Below are positions 61,432 through 62,406 of a stretch of 62,406 bases of DNA, in pieces. Made by a program: the position numbers and the translations under genes. This DNA is from Candidatus Woesearchaeota archaeon. Lineage in GTDB: Archaea > Nanobdellota > Nanobdellia > SCGC-AAA011-G17 > GW2011-AR18. Under the pieces are notes generated by a model. It was given only the letters and a program-made list of their open reading frames with translations. It was not told the DNA's origin and did no database searches. Position 1 is the first letter of the stretch. Every line of letters begins with the position of its first letter. The stretch spans positions 1-62,406 of the forward strand of contig JACPCE010000003.1 of the NCBI GenBank assembly GCA_016179945.1, read 5' to 3'.

Positions 61432-62406
61432 CTAAAATAAGTATGAAAACCTTAAACATAATTTAGAGGAATTAGCTTTACCACCAGATAAAAGAACAAA
61501 TAAGCAACCCTGCCATTTTTTTAATTGGTGTTTTTTGCCTATGAACATAAAAAGGAATAATGAAAAAGTCGCAATACCGAGAGTTAGAAAATCAAACATA
61601 ACTTTAGGAACTTTTGCTGGAGAAATAATTAATGTTAATCCCATAATAAAAAAGATATTAAATATGTTGGAACCAACAGCATTTCCTACAGCTAGATCTG
61701 ATTCGGCTTTTCTAACAGCAATAAAACTAGTGACTAGTTCTGGAAGAGAAGTTCCCACGGCAATTATTGTTGAAGAAATGATATATTCGCTTAACCCGAC
61801 TTGTTTTGCAAAGAACACGGCACCTTGAACAGTCCATCTTCCTCCATAAAACAAAGCAAATAAACCTCCAACTATGAAAAATAAAACTGTAAGATCCAGG
61901 TGTTTGTGCGCAACCACTAACTTATCTTGCCCCAATGGTTCTCTTTTTGCCAGTTCAAAAACATAATAAAGAAAAATAATGAAAAAACCAATAAAAACAA
62001 GTCCATCAGAACGATACATCATTCCATCGGTCCCATCAAAAATATTTTTATGAGCCAATACAAAAAAAATCAGTGCTGCAAGAAACGAGAACGGAATTTC
62101 TTTCCAGATCGTATTGCGCTTAACTTTAATCGGTGAAAACATTGCACTCAAACCCAAGATCAGCAAAATATTTGCAATATTACTCCCAATTATATTTCCA
62201 AAAGATATATCTGTTGTTCCTTTTATTGCTGCAAAAATGTTGACAAAAAGTTCTGGCAAAGAAGTTCCAAAAGCAACAACAGTCAAACCTATCACTAATG
62301 ACGAAACTCCTAATTTTTTCGCAAGGATAACTGAACCATCAACAAGCCACTTAGCTCCCTGAATAAGTAAAAAAATGCCAACGAAAAAAAGAAAGTATTC
62401 CATCAT
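61432..62406 (-). CDS. Ca2+/cation antiporter (CaCA family, YrbG-like sodium/calcium exchanger)
   Basis: Two alpha-repeats, AFGTSLPELFVNI and AVGTSLPELVTSF. About ten TM helices. The start ATG lies at the last bases of the window. Confidence 0.85.
   Translation of the reverse strand: MMEYFLFFVGIFLLIQGAKWLVDGSVILAKKLGVSSLVIGLTVVAFGTSLPELFVNIFAAIKGTTDISFGNIIGSNIANILLILGLSAMFSPIKVKRNTIWKEIPFSFLAALIFFVLAHKNIFDGTDGMMYRSDGLVFIGFFIIFLYYVFELAKREPLGQDKLVVAHKHLDLTVLFFIVGGLFALFYGGRWTVQGAVFFAKQVGLSEYIISSTIIAVGTSLPELVTSFIAVRKAESDLAVGNAVGSNIFNIFFIMGLTLIISPAKVPKVMFDFLTLGIATFSLFLFMFIGKKHQLKKWQGCLFVLLSGGKANSSKLCLRFSYLF

Noticed and set aside
1-62406. CRISPR arrays, cas genes, transposases, integrases, prophage blocks
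   Set aside because: I noticed no short direct repeats with regular spacers, and no ORF with recognisable DDE, tyrosine or serine recombinase, Cas, or viral hallmark motifs.

Overview
This is an AT-rich, densely coding archaeal chromosome segment. By inference it comes from a small-genome DPANN-like archaeon. Recognisable genes:
- Archaeal core genes: radA, aIF5B, the L7Ae-S28e-L24e operon, Rpo10/N, aEF-1beta, RNase P Rpp21, RNase HII, EndoV, RtcA.
- Archaeal lipid genes: CDP-archaeol synthase and a geranylgeranyl reductase.
- A bacterial-type grpE-dnaK-dnaJ operon, SecDF, HtpX, LemA, DedA, MgtE-like and CaCA transporters, three Nudix hydrolases and Lrp/AsnC regulators.
- One 5S rRNA and three tRNAs.

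I saw no transposase, integrase, reverse transcriptase, cas gene or CRISPR array.

The strongest signal is a set of very short intervening sequences that fold into archaeal bulge-helix-bulge (BHB) splice motifs in several RNA classes:
- The initiator tRNA-Met carries two.
- A tRNA, probably Lys-CUU, carries two tiny ones of 12 and 17 nt.
- The 5S rRNA has a ~23-nt insertion in loop C.
- Most unusually, a 29-nt element interrupts the RNase HII coding sequence inside its catalytic GIDxAGRGP motif. Removing it restores the frame and the canonical N-terminus.

Other accessory content:
- A five-gene operon for sequon-rich, glycine-rich giant surface proteins, headed by a tandem-HTH protein.
- Four small ORFs interleaved in the grpE-dnaK-dnaJ operon.
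- A Doc-RHH-NYN-Nudix module.
- A DUF4258 plus zinc-ribbon/AbrB toxin-antitoxin pair, with a decayed second copy of the antitoxin.
- A divergent RelA/SpoT-like nucleotidyltransferase.
- One conserved reading frame interrupted by in-frame TGA and TAG codons.

All functional calls rest on motifs read by eye from the translations. No database search was run.
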